From: an uncultured Gemmatimonadales bacterium
Lineage (GTDB): Bacteria; Gemmatimonadota; Gemmatimonadetes; Gemmatimonadales; GWC2-71-9
DNA length: 64,000 nt
Direction of reading: 5' to 3'
NCBI GenBank assembly: GCA_963779755.1
Contig: CAVZZO010000001.1
Location: 1,120,001 to 1,184,000, forward strand
Below, in pieces: positions 28,431 to 39,228 of the stretch. A program made the translations under genes and the position numbers. Positions within the stretch are counted from its first letter, which is position 1. Every line of letters begins with the position of its first letter. The notes beneath the pieces are model-generated. The model made no database searches, was not told the origin of the DNA, and saw nothing but the letters and a program-made list of their open reading frames with translations.

Positions 28431-29896
28431 GCCGTCGCGTCGGCCCGTTCGTCCCCGAAATCGTGGCGGCGGGCGCCCTGCTCCTCGTCCTGGGCTGCGG
28501 TACGCCCTCGGTGCGCGGCGTTGCGGGCACCTCGCCGGCGCCGCAGGTGCCCTGGACCCCGCCCGAGCAGCTGCCCTACCGGCAGGATACCGCCGCGCAG
28601 GCCGCGGTACCGCCGGACCTGGCGGCCAGCATCCACCAGCTGACCCTGGGTGACATCGTGGATATCGGCCTGCGGAACAACCCGGCCACCCGGCTGGCCT
28701 GGGCCAACGCGCGGGCTGCCGCCGCCGCCTACGGTTCCGCCCGCGGCGCCCTCCTTCCCACCATCGACGGCAACGTCAACGCCGTCCGGCTCCAGACGGT
28801 GGCGTCGCAGGGGCGGGCGGCGGTGCGGCAGTCGTTGCTCAATCCCAGCGCGACCCTGTCCTGGCTGGTGCTGGACGGCGGCCGCCGCAGCGGCGCCATT
28901 CGCGCGGCGCAGGCCTCCCTGGTGGCGGCCGACTTCTCGCACAATGCCGCCATCCAGGACGTGGTCCTGGGGATCGAGCTCGCCTACTACCAGTACGTGG
29001 CCAACCGCGCTCTGCTGGAGAGCCGGCGGACCACCCTCAAGGAGGCGCGGGAGAATCTGGACGCCACGCAAGAGCGAAACCGGGTCGGGCTCGCTACCAT
29101 TGCCGATGTGCTCCAGGCGAAGACTGCCGCCTCCCAGGCCCAGCTGGCGCTGGAAACTACCGAGGGTAATGTGCAGACCACCCGGGGCGCGCTGGCCTTT
29201 GCCCTGGGATTGCCGGCCACCATTCCCTACGAGGTGGACTCCACGGCATTCGAGGTCCCGGTCGCCACCCTGGCGGACCAGGTGGACTCGCTGGTCGCCC
29301 GGGCCGTCTCCGGCCGGCCCGATCTCCAGGCCGCCCGCGCCCGCGTCGCCGCGGCCCGGGCCCGTGTTGCCGAGGCGCGTTCCGACCGCCTGCCTTCACT
29401 GCAGTTCAGCGCGACGGGCGGCCGCACCTACGCCACGACGATCCCGTCGGGCGCCGACAGCTATACCCTCTCGCTGGGGCTCAGCATTCCGCTCTTCGCC
29501 GGCTTCTCGCGGGTATACGACCAGCGGGCCGCCGAAGCGGCCGTCCAGGCCGCCGGCGCCCAGGCCGACATTCTGGGCAGCCAGGTGGTCTACCAGGTCT
29601 TCAGCGCCTACTACGCCCTGCAGACCGCCACCCGCAGCGTGGGCACGGCCGAGGACCTGCTCGCGAGCGCACAGCAGTCGGACGAGGTGGCGCTGGCGCG
29701 CTACAAGGCCGGGGTGGGCAGCATTCTCGATCTGCTGGCCGCGCAGAGCGCGCTGGCCGACGCCCGGGCGCAGCGGGTACAGGTGCGGCTGGCCTGGAGC
29801 GTGGCGTTGGCTCAACTGGCGCATGATGCGGGACTTCTCGATACCCGGGGCGGCAGCCCGCTCCGGCTGACTTCCGATACGACGAAGGGCCAATGA
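28427..29896 (+). CDS. TolC-family outer-membrane efflux lipoprotein
   Basis: Lipobox VLG|C; two OEP repeats (GLATIADVLQA; YKAGVGSILDLLAAQ). Confidence 0.9.
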   Translation: MSRRVGPFVPEIVAAGALLLVLGCGTPSVRGVAGTSPAPQVPWTPPEQLPYRQDTAAQAAVPPDLAASIHQLTLGDIVDIGLRNNPATRLAWANARAAAAAYGSARGALLPTIDGNVNAVRLQTVASQGRAAVRQSLLNPSATLSWLVLDGGRRSGAIRAAQASLVAADFSHNAAIQDVVLGIELAYYQYVANRALLESRRTTLKEARENLDATQERNRVGLATIADVLQAKTAASQAQLALETTEGNVQTTRGALAFALGLPATIPYEVDSTAFEVPVATLADQVDSLVARAVSGRPDLQAARARVAAARARVAEARSDRLPSLQFSATGGRTYATTIPSGADSYTLSLGLSIPLFAGFSRVYDQRAAEAAVQAAGAQADILGSQVVYQVFSAYYALQTATRSVGTAEDLLASAQQSDEVALARYKAGVGSILDLLAAQSALADARAQRVQVRLAWSVALAQLAHDAGLLDTRGGSPLRLTSDTTKGQ

Positions 29897-31092
29897 CCCT
29901 CCCCGCCCGGCTCGGTTCGATTTCGGCCGCGCTCCTCGCTGCCGTTGCCCTCTCCGCCTGCGGGCAGAAGGCGTCGCCTCCGCCGCCGCCTACTCCGGTG
30001 TCGGTCGGGCCGGTGCGCCGGCAGCCGGTTCCCCTCGAACTGCAGGCGACGGGGACGGTCGAGCCGCTCCAGACGGTGGCGATCGAGCCGCAGGTGACCG
30101 GGCCGATCACCCGGATCTACTTCAGCGAAGGCGCGGAGGTAAAGGAAGGACAGCCGCTCTTCCAGATCGACCCGCGCCCGTTCCAGGCGGCGCTCCAGCA
30201 GGCCGAAGCCGAGCTGCGGCGCGACCGGGCCATGGCCGCCAACGCGGTGGAGGACGCAAAGCGCTACGCCGAGCTGGCGAGCAAGGAATATGTGACGGCG
30301 CAGCAGTATGGCCAGGCGAAGACCTCGGCCGCGGCGGCCGAAGCCACGGCCGCCGCAAGCGAAGCGGCGGTGGAACAGGCGCGGCTCAACCTCCAGTACG
30401 CCAGGATCCGGGCGCCGATCGCCGGGCGCACCGGCAACCTGATGGTGCGGGAGGGGAACCTGGTGCGTGCCAGTCAGTCCACTCCGCTGGTGACGATCAA
30501 CCAGCTCCGCCCGATCCTGGTGCGCTTCGCGGTGCCGGCGGAGAACCTGCCGGCGATCCGGCGATTCCGCGATCGGGGCGCCGTACCGGTGACGGTCGTG
30601 CCGACCGGGGCCGGCGACACCGCGGCGGGCGCTCCCGCCGGACTCGGGCTGGCAGGGGACGCCGCGGGGAGCCTGGACGGGCCGGCGAGCCCGGCCCCGT
30701 CGGGCGGCGCGAGCGAAGGGACGCTCACGTTTCTGAACAACGCGGTGGACACGACCACGGGGACGATCCTGCTCAAGGGTACCTTCCGGAACAGCGACGG
30801 CGCGCTCTGGCCGGGCGAATTCGTGAACGTGCGGCTGCGGCTCGCGATCGACACCGCGCTCACGGTGCCCGCCGCCGCGGTGGTCTCGGGCCAGCAGGGC
30901 ACCTACGTCTTCGTCGTGCAGGGCGATGGCACGGTGGCGCAGCGGCCGGTGGCGGTGGATCGGACCCAGGGCGACCTTGCCGTCGTCCGCGGCGACCTGC
31001 AGGCCGGCCAGCGGGTGGTGACCGACGGTCAGCTACGTCTCCGTCCGGGCGCCAAGGTGCAGATCAAGCAAGCGGAACAGGCCAGCCCATGA
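29893..31092 (+). CDS. RND membrane fusion protein (MdtA-like)
   Basis: Lipobox LSA|C; EGAEVKEGQPLFQIDPRPF, IRAPIAGR, VDTTTGTI, LWPGEF. Confidence 0.93.
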   Translation: MTLPARLGSISAALLAAVALSACGQKASPPPPPTPVSVGPVRRQPVPLELQATGTVEPLQTVAIEPQVTGPITRIYFSEGAEVKEGQPLFQIDPRPFQAALQQAEAELRRDRAMAANAVEDAKRYAELASKEYVTAQQYGQAKTSAAAAEATAAASEAAVEQARLNLQYARIRAPIAGRTGNLMVREGNLVRASQSTPLVTINQLRPILVRFAVPAENLPAIRRFRDRGAVPVTVVPTGAGDTAAGAPAGLGLAGDAAGSLDGPASPAPSGGASEGTLTFLNNAVDTTTGTILLKGTFRNSDGALWPGEFVNVRLRLAIDTALTVPAAAVVSGQQGTYVFVVQGDGTVAQRPVAVDRTQGDLAVVRGDLQAGQRVVTDGQLRLRPGAKVQIKQAEQASP

Positions 31093-34000
31093 ATATCGCG
31101 GGGCTTTTCATTCGACGGCCGGTCATGACCACGCTGGTCATGGTCGGCATCCTGCTCTTCGGCATCGTGGCGTACCGCCAGCTGCCGGTGAGCGATCTGC
31201 CGACGGTAGACTACCCCACCATCAACGTCCGCGCGAGTCTGCCCGGCGCCAGCCCGGAAACCATGGCCGCCTCGGTGGCCACCCCGCTGGAGAAGTCGTT
31301 CTCCACCATCGCCGGTCTCGACGCGATGACGTCGAGCAGCAGCCAGGGGTCCACTTCGCTCACGCTGCAGTTCACGCTGGACCGCAACGTGGACGACGCG
31401 GCGCAGGACGTGAACGCCGCCATTTCCAAGACGCTAAGGCAGCTGCCGCAGGGCATGCTGCCGCCGAGCTACAGTAAGGTGGATCCGTCGGCCAGCCCGA
31501 TCCTGTACTATGCGCTGCGCACCTCGACGCTGCCGCTCCCCCAGCTCGACGAATACGCCGAGACCAATCTGGCGCAGCAGCTCTCGACCATCGACGGCGT
31601 GGCGCAGGTGCAGGTGTACGGCTCCCAGAAGTATGCGGTGCGAATCCAGCTCGATCCGCAGCAGCTGGCGCTCCGCAACATCGGCATCGACCAGGTGGCG
31701 CAGGCCGTCTCCGCGGGTAACGCCAATCTCCCCACGGGAACGCTCTGGGGCACCGACAAGGCCTATTCGGTCGAGTCGAACGGGCAGCTGAACGATGCCG
31801 CCGATTTCGGCCGGCTCATCGTGGCCTACCGCGACGGGGCGCCGGTCCGGCTCCGCGACCTGGGGCGGGTGATCGACAGCGTGCAGGACACCAAGAGCGC
31901 GGGGTGGTACAACGGCGAGCGGGCCATCGTGCTCGCGATCCAGCGCCAGCCGGGCACCAACACGGTGGCGGTGGCCCAGCGGGTGCGCGCCGCGATCGAG
32001 CGCCTCAAGCCGCAGCTCCCCGCGTCGGTGGACATCGAAAGGCTCTATGACCGGTCGGACTCGATCCAGGCCTCGGTGAGCGACGTGAAGGTCACGCTCT
32101 TCATCACGCTCTGTCTCGTGGTGATGGTGATCTTCCTCTTTCTCCGGAACATCCGGGCGACGGTGATCCCCAGCCTCGCGCTGCCGATGTCGCTGGTGGG
32201 CACCTTCGGGGTGATGCACCTGCTGGGCTACAGTCTCGATAACCTGTCGCTCATGGCGCTCACGCTCTCGGTTGGCTTCGTCGTGGACGACGCGATCGTG
32301 ATGCTGGAAAATATCGTCCGGCACATCGAGCGGGGCGAGGGCGTCATGGAAGCCGCCCTCAAGGGGAGCAGGGAGATCGGCTTCACCATCCTCTCGATGA
32401 CGATGTCGCTCGTCGCCGTCTTCATTCCGGTGCTCTTCCTGGGCGGGCTGATCGGCCGGCTCTTCCACGAGTTCGCGGTCACGATCGGCATCGCGATTCT
32501 CGTATCGGGCTTCGTATCGCTGACGCTCACCCCGATGCTCTGCAGCCGTTGGCTCAAGCCGCATCCGAAGCACGAGCGCCACGGCCGCGTGTACCAGGCG
32601 ATCGAGCGCGGCTGGGTGGGCGCGCTGCGCTGGTACGAACGGACGCTCGGGTGGGTGATGGACCACCGTCCCCTGACGATGGCGTTCAGCCTGGTCATCC
32701 TGCTGGCGTCGATCGGGTTGGCCGTGATTATTCCCAAGGGCTTCATTCCCAGTGAAGACCAGGGCCAGCTCTTCGCCACCACCGAGGTGGCGGAGGGGAC
32801 GAGCTTCGACAATATGATGCAGCACCAGCTCGCCGCGATGAACGTCGTGGAGCAGGATTCGGCGGTGCGCGGGTTCATGTCGTTCATCGGCGGCGGGAAC
32901 CAGGGGCGCCTCTTCATGCACCTGAGGCCGCGGTCCGAGCGCGACCTCAGTGCCGACCAGGTGGCCCGCGAGCTGACCGCAAAGCTGAACAGCATCGCCG
33001 GCCTGCAGGCGTTCGTGGTCAACCCGCCGCCGATCAATATCGGCGGCCGCGCCTCCAAGAGTCAGTACCAGTTCACGCTGCAAGGGAGCGACATCCAGGA
33101 GCTGTACCAAGGGGCCGCGGCGCTGGAGGCGCGGATGCGCCAGATCAAGGGGCTCACCGACGTCACCAGCGACCTGCAGATCAAGAACCCCAAGATCCAG
33201 GTGACCATCGACCGCGACCGCGCCGCCGCCCTCGGCATCGACGCCACCCAGGTCGAGAGCGCCCTGTACAACGCGTACGGGGCCCGCCAGGTCAGCACTA
33301 TCCTGACGCCGAGCAACCAGTACTGGGTCGTCATGGAGCTGCTCCCGCAGTACCAGCGCGACCTCTCGGCGCTGAACCTGCTGCACATCACCGGCCGAAA
33401 CGGCGAGGCGGTCCCGCTCGGATCGCTGGCGAAGTTCACGCCGACCACCGGGCCGCTCAGTATCAACCATTCCGGGCAGCTGCCCTCGGTCACGCTGTCA
33501 TTCAACCTCGAGTCGGGGATGTCGCTCGGCGAGGCGACCGCGGGGGTGGAGCAGGCCGCCCGACAGGTGCTGCCATCCAGCATCACGACCGGGTTCTCCG
33601 GCACGGCGCAGGCGTTCCAGCAGGCCCAGCAGGGGCTCCTGATGCTCCTGATCCTCGCGATCGTGGTGATCTACCTGGTGCTCGGCATTCTGTACGAGAG
33701 CTTCATTCACCCGCTCACGATTCTCTCGGGACTGCCGTTCGCCGGGTTCGGCGCCCTGCTGGTGCTCCTCGTGTTTCATATGGAGCTTTCGGTCTATGCC
33801 TTCGTCGGCATCATCATGCTGATCGGTCTGGTCAAGAAGAACGCCATCATGATGATCGACTTCGCCATCGAGGCGGAACGGTCCGGAGGCCTGGGGGCGC
33901 GGGAGGCCATCCTGCAGGCCTGCCGGGTGCGGTTCCGGCCCATCATGATGACCACCATGGCCGCCCTGATGGGCACCCTGCCAATTGCGCTGGGGGCCGG

Positions 34001-34187
34001 TGCCGGCGCGGAATCGCGGCGGCCGCTCGGCGTGGCGGTAGTGGGCGGCCTCGCTTTCTCGCAGATCATCACGCTCTACATCACCCCCGTGGTCTATACC
34101 TATCTGGACGCCTTCCAGCGGAAGGTCGGACGGAAACGGGCGGATGAGCCCGTCGTCGCCGTCGAAGAGCTGCCGGCCGCATTGTAG
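31089..34187 (+). CDS. RND efflux permease (MdtB/MdtC-like)
   Basis: FIRRPV, GFVVDDAIVMLEN, GLVKKNAIMMIDFA, RFRPIMMTT. Confidence 0.95.
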   Translation: MNIAGLFIRRPVMTTLVMVGILLFGIVAYRQLPVSDLPTVDYPTINVRASLPGASPETMAASVATPLEKSFSTIAGLDAMTSSSSQGSTSLTLQFTLDRNVDDAAQDVNAAISKTLRQLPQGMLPPSYSKVDPSASPILYYALRTSTLPLPQLDEYAETNLAQQLSTIDGVAQVQVYGSQKYAVRIQLDPQQLALRNIGIDQVAQAVSAGNANLPTGTLWGTDKAYSVESNGQLNDAADFGRLIVAYRDGAPVRLRDLGRVIDSVQDTKSAGWYNGERAIVLAIQRQPGTNTVAVAQRVRAAIERLKPQLPASVDIERLYDRSDSIQASVSDVKVTLFITLCLVVMVIFLFLRNIRATVIPSLALPMSLVGTFGVMHLLGYSLDNLSLMALTLSVGFVVDDAIVMLENIVRHIERGEGVMEAALKGSREIGFTILSMTMSLVAVFIPVLFLGGLIGRLFHEFAVTIGIAILVSGFVSLTLTPMLCSRWLKPHPKHERHGRVYQAIERGWVGALRWYERTLGWVMDHRPLTMAFSLVILLASIGLAVIIPKGFIPSEDQGQLFATTEVAEGTSFDNMMQHQLAAMNVVEQDSAVRGFMSFIGGGNQGRLFMHLRPRSERDLSADQVARELTAKLNSIAGLQAFVVNPPPINIGGRASKSQYQFTLQGSDIQELYQGAAALEARMRQIKGLTDVTSDLQIKNPKIQVTIDRDRAAALGIDATQVESALYNAYGARQVSTILTPSNQYWVVMELLPQYQRDLSALNLLHITGRNGEAVPLGSLAKFTPTTGPLSINHSGQLPSVTLSFNLESGMSLGEATAGVEQAARQVLPSSITTGFSGTAQAFQQAQQGLLMLLILAIVVIYLVLGILYESFIHPLTILSGLPFAGFGALLVLLVFHMELSVYAFVGIIMLIGLVKKNAIMMIDFAIEAERSGGLGAREAILQACRVRFRPIMMTTMAALMGTLPIALGAGAGAESRRPLGVAVVGGLAFSQIITLYITPVVYTYLDAFQRKVGRKRADEPVVAVEELPAAL

Positions 34188-34423
34188 CCCGGACGGCGTT
34201 CCCGCGTCTCGACCCCTACCACTTATCGCTCCTCCCGCCGTTTCAATGGTCCCGCTCGCGTTTCATCGTTGTGACGCGCCGTTGCACACGTTGCAGCCGC
34301 GCGGCCTGACGCCGTCGCAGTCCGGAACCCCGTGCACGGCCGTGGAATGCGTTCGTCGGAGCAATTGGTGCGTGTCGCGGCCTTCTGCCGCGCACTCTTT
34401 GCAGCTGTCGACGGAGGCAGGCC

Positions 34424-37400
34424 ATGAACAGAAACCTGGTCGGGATCATACGACGCGGCATCCGCGCCGTCCTGCTGGCCGCGCTGCTTGGTACGGGGGT
34501 GGCCGCCGCCGCCGCCGCCCAGGCAACGGGAAAGGTGGAGGGAACTATCCGGGATGAGGCGGGAGCGCCCATTCCCAGCGCGGAAGTCATCATCGTCAAT
34601 ACCAGCTTCCACACGGTCGCCAATAATCAGGGGTACTACTTCTTCAACAATGTCCCCAGCGGTACCGTCGCCATCCGCGCCGCCTTCGTCGGCTACAAGG
34701 CCGCGGAGGTCCGGGACGTCCGCGTGCTGGCGGGCCAGACGCTGACCCAGAATATCCAGCTGCACAGCACGCCGGTCGCCCTGCCGGACGTCGAGGTGTC
34801 GGTGGCGGTAACACCGCTGGTCCCGCGCGACGCCGTGACCACCAAGCAGACGGTCCTGGGCCCCTATCTGAACGGGCTGCCGCTGGACCGCGCCGCCCAG
34901 GCGCTGCTGGAGGTGCCGGGCGTGGTGGGAAATCCTACCGGCACGGCGATCTCCATCCGCGGCGGCCGGACCGACGAGGCGGCGGTCTACATCGACGGCG
35001 TTCCCGCCACGCCGGGTTACCGGGGAAATGCCTTCGCCAGTTCCCGCGGCACCAGCGTCAGCGTCAGCACCGCGGCGGTCAGCGAGCTGTCCGTGACCAC
35101 CGGCGCCACCTCCTCCGAGTTCGGCAACGCACAGTCCGGCGTCATCCAGTACCAGACGCGCAGCGGCGGCAGCAGCCTGCAGGGGCGGCTCGGCTACGAG
35201 AGTGACGAGCCCTTCGGCACCAGCCACAGCGTCGGATTCAATCGCCTGCAGGCCAGCCTCGGGGGGCCGCTCTACCGCCGCCTGACGTTCTTCGTCTCCG
35301 GCGTGCTGGAAGGCCGGGCCTCCATCGTGCCCGGGGCCGACGCGCTGCAGACCCCCGTGTTCGTCCCGGCCGGGGTGGATACCACCGTGGCGGTGCCCAG
35401 CGCCCTGGGCGATCCTCTCGCCGACACCACGTTCGTCGGCGTGCAGAAGTTCGCCCTGTACCGCGGGGATTGCTCCGCCTTCGCCGGCAGCGCCAACAGC
35501 GGCATCGCGTCCAACTATGGCGTCTCCTGCCAGGGCATTCGGACCCCCTACAGCGCCAGCACCATCTACGAGCTGAGTTCCAAGCTCAACTACAGTTACG
35601 GCGACGGCAGCCGGGTGGCGCTGAGCTACCTGTCCAGCCGCAACCAGGGCCGCACGCCCAACGCCTTCCGGATGCTCGATCCGCAGGACCTCGGCGGCTT
35701 CCGGGCCTGGAGCGATTACTTCACGCTCAACTGGTCGCAGAACCTGGCGCGATCCTCGGAACGGGCGCTGGCATTGGAGGCCAGCCTCGGCCTGCAGACG
35801 GACCATACCATCGCGGGACCGCTGACCCGCTCCTCGGAGCTGGGCAGCCGCAACCCGACCGGCGGATTTCTGCTCGGCAATCTCGGCTTCCAGTGGGATT
35901 TCGGGAACTTCCCCGTGAACCAGGAACTGGTAGATAACTATCGCCAGAACATTCCGGGCTCCCGCCGCTCACCGCTCGATCTCGAGAACCGGGATCAATA
36001 CGGGCAGCTCGGTCCCTATCGCAACAGCCCCTACGGCATCGACCAATCGCTCATCAACGGGCAGATCTTCGCCACCGGCGGCTACGCCTCCACCACCAGG
36101 CTGGTGCTCTATCGTGAGCAGCGGATGATCGGGAAGGCGGGGCTCGACTGGCAGCTCGACCGCTACAATCGCATCAAGCTGGGCGGGGAATACACGCACT
36201 ACAGCATCGCCAACTACTCCCATGCCCTCACCAGCCAGGCGTTCTCCGACGTATTCATCGAGTCGCCTGTCCGGTACGACTTGTACGCCGAGGACCGCCT
36301 GGATCTCGGGGATGTGGTCGTGGTCGGCGGGTTGCGGTACGATCGCTACCATTCCAACGCCGCCCGTCCTTACGTGCTCGACACCGTGTCTACCCACCCC
36401 ACCTTCGGCCAGTACAGCTACTTCCCCCGCCCCAACAGCTACGGCGCGGGCGGTGCGGAGCTGAACGGCCAGCCGCTGGTGAAGTATGTGCGGGACCCGG
36501 CCCACGAGTACGTGAGCCCGCACGTGCAGGTGTCGTTCCCCGTGTCCGACCGGACCAACTTCCGTCTCTCCTATGCCCACCAGGTGCAGGCGCCCGATTT
36601 CGGGCTGGTCCTGGGCGGCATCAACACCGATATCTCGGTGACCAACACCAATCACGTCTACGGCGCCGACCTCGATTTCGGCAAGACCATCACCTTCGAG
36701 TTCGGCGTCCGGCATGCCTTCAGCGACGACATGGTGCTGGACATCTCCGCCTACAACAAGGACAACCTGTCCAATGCCGCGGGGCGGCTGATCAGCCTGC
36801 CCGATCCCCAGCGGCTGGGGGCGAATGTCGATCTGCGCATCATGACCACGGCCGATTTCGGGAACACCCGGGGCGTGGACGTGCGGCTGGACCGCCGGAT
36901 CGGCCGGCTGTTCAACGGGGTGATTGCCTACACCTTCCAGCAGGCCAGAAACACCGGATCCAATCCGTTCACCTACATCAATTTCGGTTCGCGGATCGTG
37001 AGCCAGCTCTCGGGCGGCAATCAGCCGCCCCCGCAGGCCATCTTTCCGACCGCCAACAGCCGGCCGCACAACCTGACCGGATCGTTCGCGCTCAACTTCC
37101 CCTCCGACTGGAAGGAAGGCACCGCGCTGGGGGCCATCCTGGGCCGCGCGGGGGTGACCGCCGTGTTCCGCTACTCCAGCGGCACCGCCTATACCCGCTG
37201 CCCGGCCGAGACCGGCAACGAAGGGGTCCTGTCCGGGCAGGTATGCTCGCGTCAGTTCGCCGGCGACTTCTTCGGCGCCCGGACGCCCTCGTTCAAGCAG
37301 TTGGACATGCGGTTTACCAAGGGCTTCGATCTGCGCGGCCTGGGCATCACCGCCTATCTGGACGCGCGGAATATTCTGAACTTCCGTAACATCCTGACGG

Positions 37401-37774
37401 TCTTCACGACCACCAACGATATCGTCAACGCCGCCGAGCAGGCGCAGACCTTCAGCGGCGACAGCGCGAGCTTCGCCGACGAAGCGCGAGCCTCCGGCAC
37501 CTACAATTCCTCGGACGGTTCCATCGATCTGTCGTTCGGCGGCGCTGTGACCTCGGGGTGCGGGGCCTGGGTCAATGCCCAGAACCGGCCCTCGGCGCCC
37601 GACTGTGTCTACCTGATCCGGGCGGAAGAGCGCTACGGCAACGGCGATCACCGCTTCACCGTGGCCGAGCAGGCGCGGGCCTCCCACGCACTGTACCTGG
37701 CGGCGGGACGGGGTGTCAGCGCCTTCACGGCCGCGCCCCGGCTCATGCGGCTGGGGGTGGAGGTGGATTTCTAG
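34424..37774 (+). CDS. Large TonB-dependent receptor with CarboxypepD_reg-like N-domain
   Basis: Signal peptide …AAAA|QATG; GYYFFNNVPSG; plug IRGGRTDE…YIDG…EFGNAQSGVI; SPHVQVSFPVS; C-terminal Phe (GVEVDF). Confidence 0.9.
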   Translation: MNRNLVGIIRRGIRAVLLAALLGTGVAAAAAAQATGKVEGTIRDEAGAPIPSAEVIIVNTSFHTVANNQGYYFFNNVPSGTVAIRAAFVGYKAAEVRDVRVLAGQTLTQNIQLHSTPVALPDVEVSVAVTPLVPRDAVTTKQTVLGPYLNGLPLDRAAQALLEVPGVVGNPTGTAISIRGGRTDEAAVYIDGVPATPGYRGNAFASSRGTSVSVSTAAVSELSVTTGATSSEFGNAQSGVIQYQTRSGGSSLQGRLGYESDEPFGTSHSVGFNRLQASLGGPLYRRLTFFVSGVLEGRASIVPGADALQTPVFVPAGVDTTVAVPSALGDPLADTTFVGVQKFALYRGDCSAFAGSANSGIASNYGVSCQGIRTPYSASTIYELSSKLNYSYGDGSRVALSYLSSRNQGRTPNAFRMLDPQDLGGFRAWSDYFTLNWSQNLARSSERALALEASLGLQTDHTIAGPLTRSSELGSRNPTGGFLLGNLGFQWDFGNFPVNQELVDNYRQNIPGSRRSPLDLENRDQYGQLGPYRNSPYGIDQSLINGQIFATGGYASTTRLVLYREQRMIGKAGLDWQLDRYNRIKLGGEYTHYSIANYSHALTSQAFSDVFIESPVRYDLYAEDRLDLGDVVVVGGLRYDRYHSNAARPYVLDTVSTHPTFGQYSYFPRPNSYGAGGAELNGQPLVKYVRDPAHEYVSPHVQVSFPVSDRTNFRLSYAHQVQAPDFGLVLGGINTDISVTNTNHVYGADLDFGKTITFEFGVRHAFSDDMVLDISAYNKDNLSNAAGRLISLPDPQRLGANVDLRIMTTADFGNTRGVDVRLDRRIGRLFNGVIAYTFQQARNTGSNPFTYINFGSRIVSQLSGGNQPPPQAIFPTANSRPHNLTGSFALNFPSDWKEGTALGAILGRAGVTAVFRYSSGTAYTRCPAETGNEGVLSGQVCSRQFAGDFFGARTPSFKQLDMRFTKGFDLRGLGITAYLDARNILNFRNILTVFTTTNDIVNAAEQAQTFSGDSASFADEARASGTYNSSDGSIDLSFGGAVTSGCGAWVNAQNRPSAPDCVYLIRAEERYGNGDHRFTVAEQARASHALYLAAGRGVSAFTAAPRLMRLGVEVDF

Positions 37775-37799
37775 CCGGAAAAAGCCGCCAGGGTAGAAA

Positions 37800-37837
37800 A
37801 AGAGGGAAGCGGACAGGCCGCTTCCCTCTTCTTCTTT
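37800..37837 (+). terminator. Rho-independent terminator
   Basis: AAGAGGGAAGCGG-ACAGG-CCGCTTCCCTCTT followed by CTTCTTT. Confidence 0.8.
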
Positions 37838-38006
37838 CCCCGATCCCGCTCCAGGGGGTACTTAGCTAACTCGTTTAATAGCAAATTCTTGCCACGACGT
37901 CCCGCAGCAGATCCCGGGCCTGAAACATCCAGGCCTCCTTTTACGTTACTACATGAAACACCGGATTTCCCATTTCTCCCGTTGCCGGCGGATCGAGGTC
38001 TCTTCT

Positions 38007-38795
38007 ATGCGACAGTACTGGCTGCGAATCTCCCTCGGCGCTCTGGTGATCTTCGGAGTGGGCATGGTAGGGGTACACGTGGTTCGTGAGGGCCGCAGCA
38101 AGGTCCACATGCTGATGAACAGCGCCGACCCGATTTCCCTCCCGCTCGCGTTCGTGCCTTTCCGCCTGGCCGGAGACAAGCTCGGCAGTATCAAGCACCT
38201 GCGGATCGATCGCAGCGCGCCCGACCGTCTGGACAGTATTCAGCTCACCGTCCAGCTCGATTCGGGCGCACTGGCGTCACGGCTCCAGGACTGCCGCCTC
38301 GGCTCTACCGATGCCCGGTCGATCGGCCCTCAGACCTCGTTCCTCTGCATGTCCCAGGCGGATTCGGCCCGCCTGGACCTGGTGCCGTTCGGCACGGTAC
38401 GGTTCGAACCCTCGGGCGAAGCCCGGCCGCTGCTGTTGCCGGCCGCTATGGTGCGCGAGTGGCACGGCGCCGTGGATTCGGCTGTCCAGGCGGCCCGGGT
38501 GGGCGCCCAGTCCGCCGCGCAGCAGGCCCGGGCGGCGGTGGCGCAGACGCAGGCGCTGCGGGTGCGGCACGGGAATCCGGCGCAGGTGACGGTTCGGGGC
38601 GACAGCGCCGGGGTGGCAATCGAGAGCCGTTCCGACGGGTCGCGCTTCACCTTCCGGGCCGACTCCAGCAGTGCGTTCCTCAGTATTCGCGATGCCCGGG
38701 GCCGCGACGTCGTGCTGTTGCAGGCCGACTCGTCCGGCGCCGTATTCAAGGTGAACGGCGATACCGGCCGGATCCATCCCGTACCCGGTCACTGA
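38007..38795 (+). CDS. Hypothetical membrane-anchored protein
   Basis: N-terminal TM (YWLRISLGALVIFGVGMVG), GAGG SD, host-like codon usage, repeated ADS/GDS strands. Confidence 0.7.
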   Translation: MRQYWLRISLGALVIFGVGMVGVHVVREGRSKVHMLMNSADPISLPLAFVPFRLAGDKLGSIKHLRIDRSAPDRLDSIQLTVQLDSGALASRLQDCRLGSTDARSIGPQTSFLCMSQADSARLDLVPFGTVRFEPSGEARPLLLPAAMVREWHGAVDSAVQAARVGAQSAAQQARAAVAQTQALRVRHGNPAQVTVRGDSAGVAIESRSDGSRFTFRADSSSAFLSIRDARGRDVVLLQADSSGAVFKVNGDTGRIHPVPGH

Positions 38796-38966
38796 GCCCG
38801 GCCGCCGGAGGCGGGTCAGGTCTCCCTGACGTGAAATGGGTAGCGGGCCCATGCCTTACTGTGAGGCGCCTCACTGCTCTGTGGGCGGGGGTCTGATATT
38901 GAAGAATCAGCGGCGCGCCGCATTCCCGGCGCGCCTTTGATTTCACCAGCAGTGGAGCAGCCTGTT

Positions 38967-39218
38967 ATGCCGAGACGGCGGCGTACCGATACGGAAGACA
39001 ACATGGGGGCGGAATACGCCCGGATGCGGGAAGACGAGCGGCATCGCCTCGAGGGCCTGCCCGACTCGCAGCAGCCCGAGGCCAACCACCCGGTGCATCT
39101 GGAAGAGCCCCGGAATCGCGACCGGATGGGCCGGCATTACCAGCCGGAGGATCCCCGCCGCCGGGCCGAGGACCGGCAGGAGGAGGACGAGGCCGGCCCG
39201 GCGGACCGGAAGAAGTAG
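38967..39218 (+). CDS. Small, highly charged hypothetical protein
   Basis: GGAG SD; 83 aa rich in R/E/D. Confidence 0.5.
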   Translation: MPRRRRTDTEDNMGAEYARMREDERHRLEGLPDSQQPEANHPVHLEEPRNRDRMGRHYQPEDPRRRAEDRQEEDEAGPADRKK

Positions 39219-39228
39219 TGCCGCGGGC

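Noticed and set aside
34188..34423. Shared upstream words (TTGTGAYGC, CGGAACnnCGTGC) before the TBDR and the CTD gene; possible riboswitch or CRP site
   Set aside because: Spacing differs between the two regions, there is no complete TGTGA-N6-TCACA, and no riboswitch consensus was recognised.
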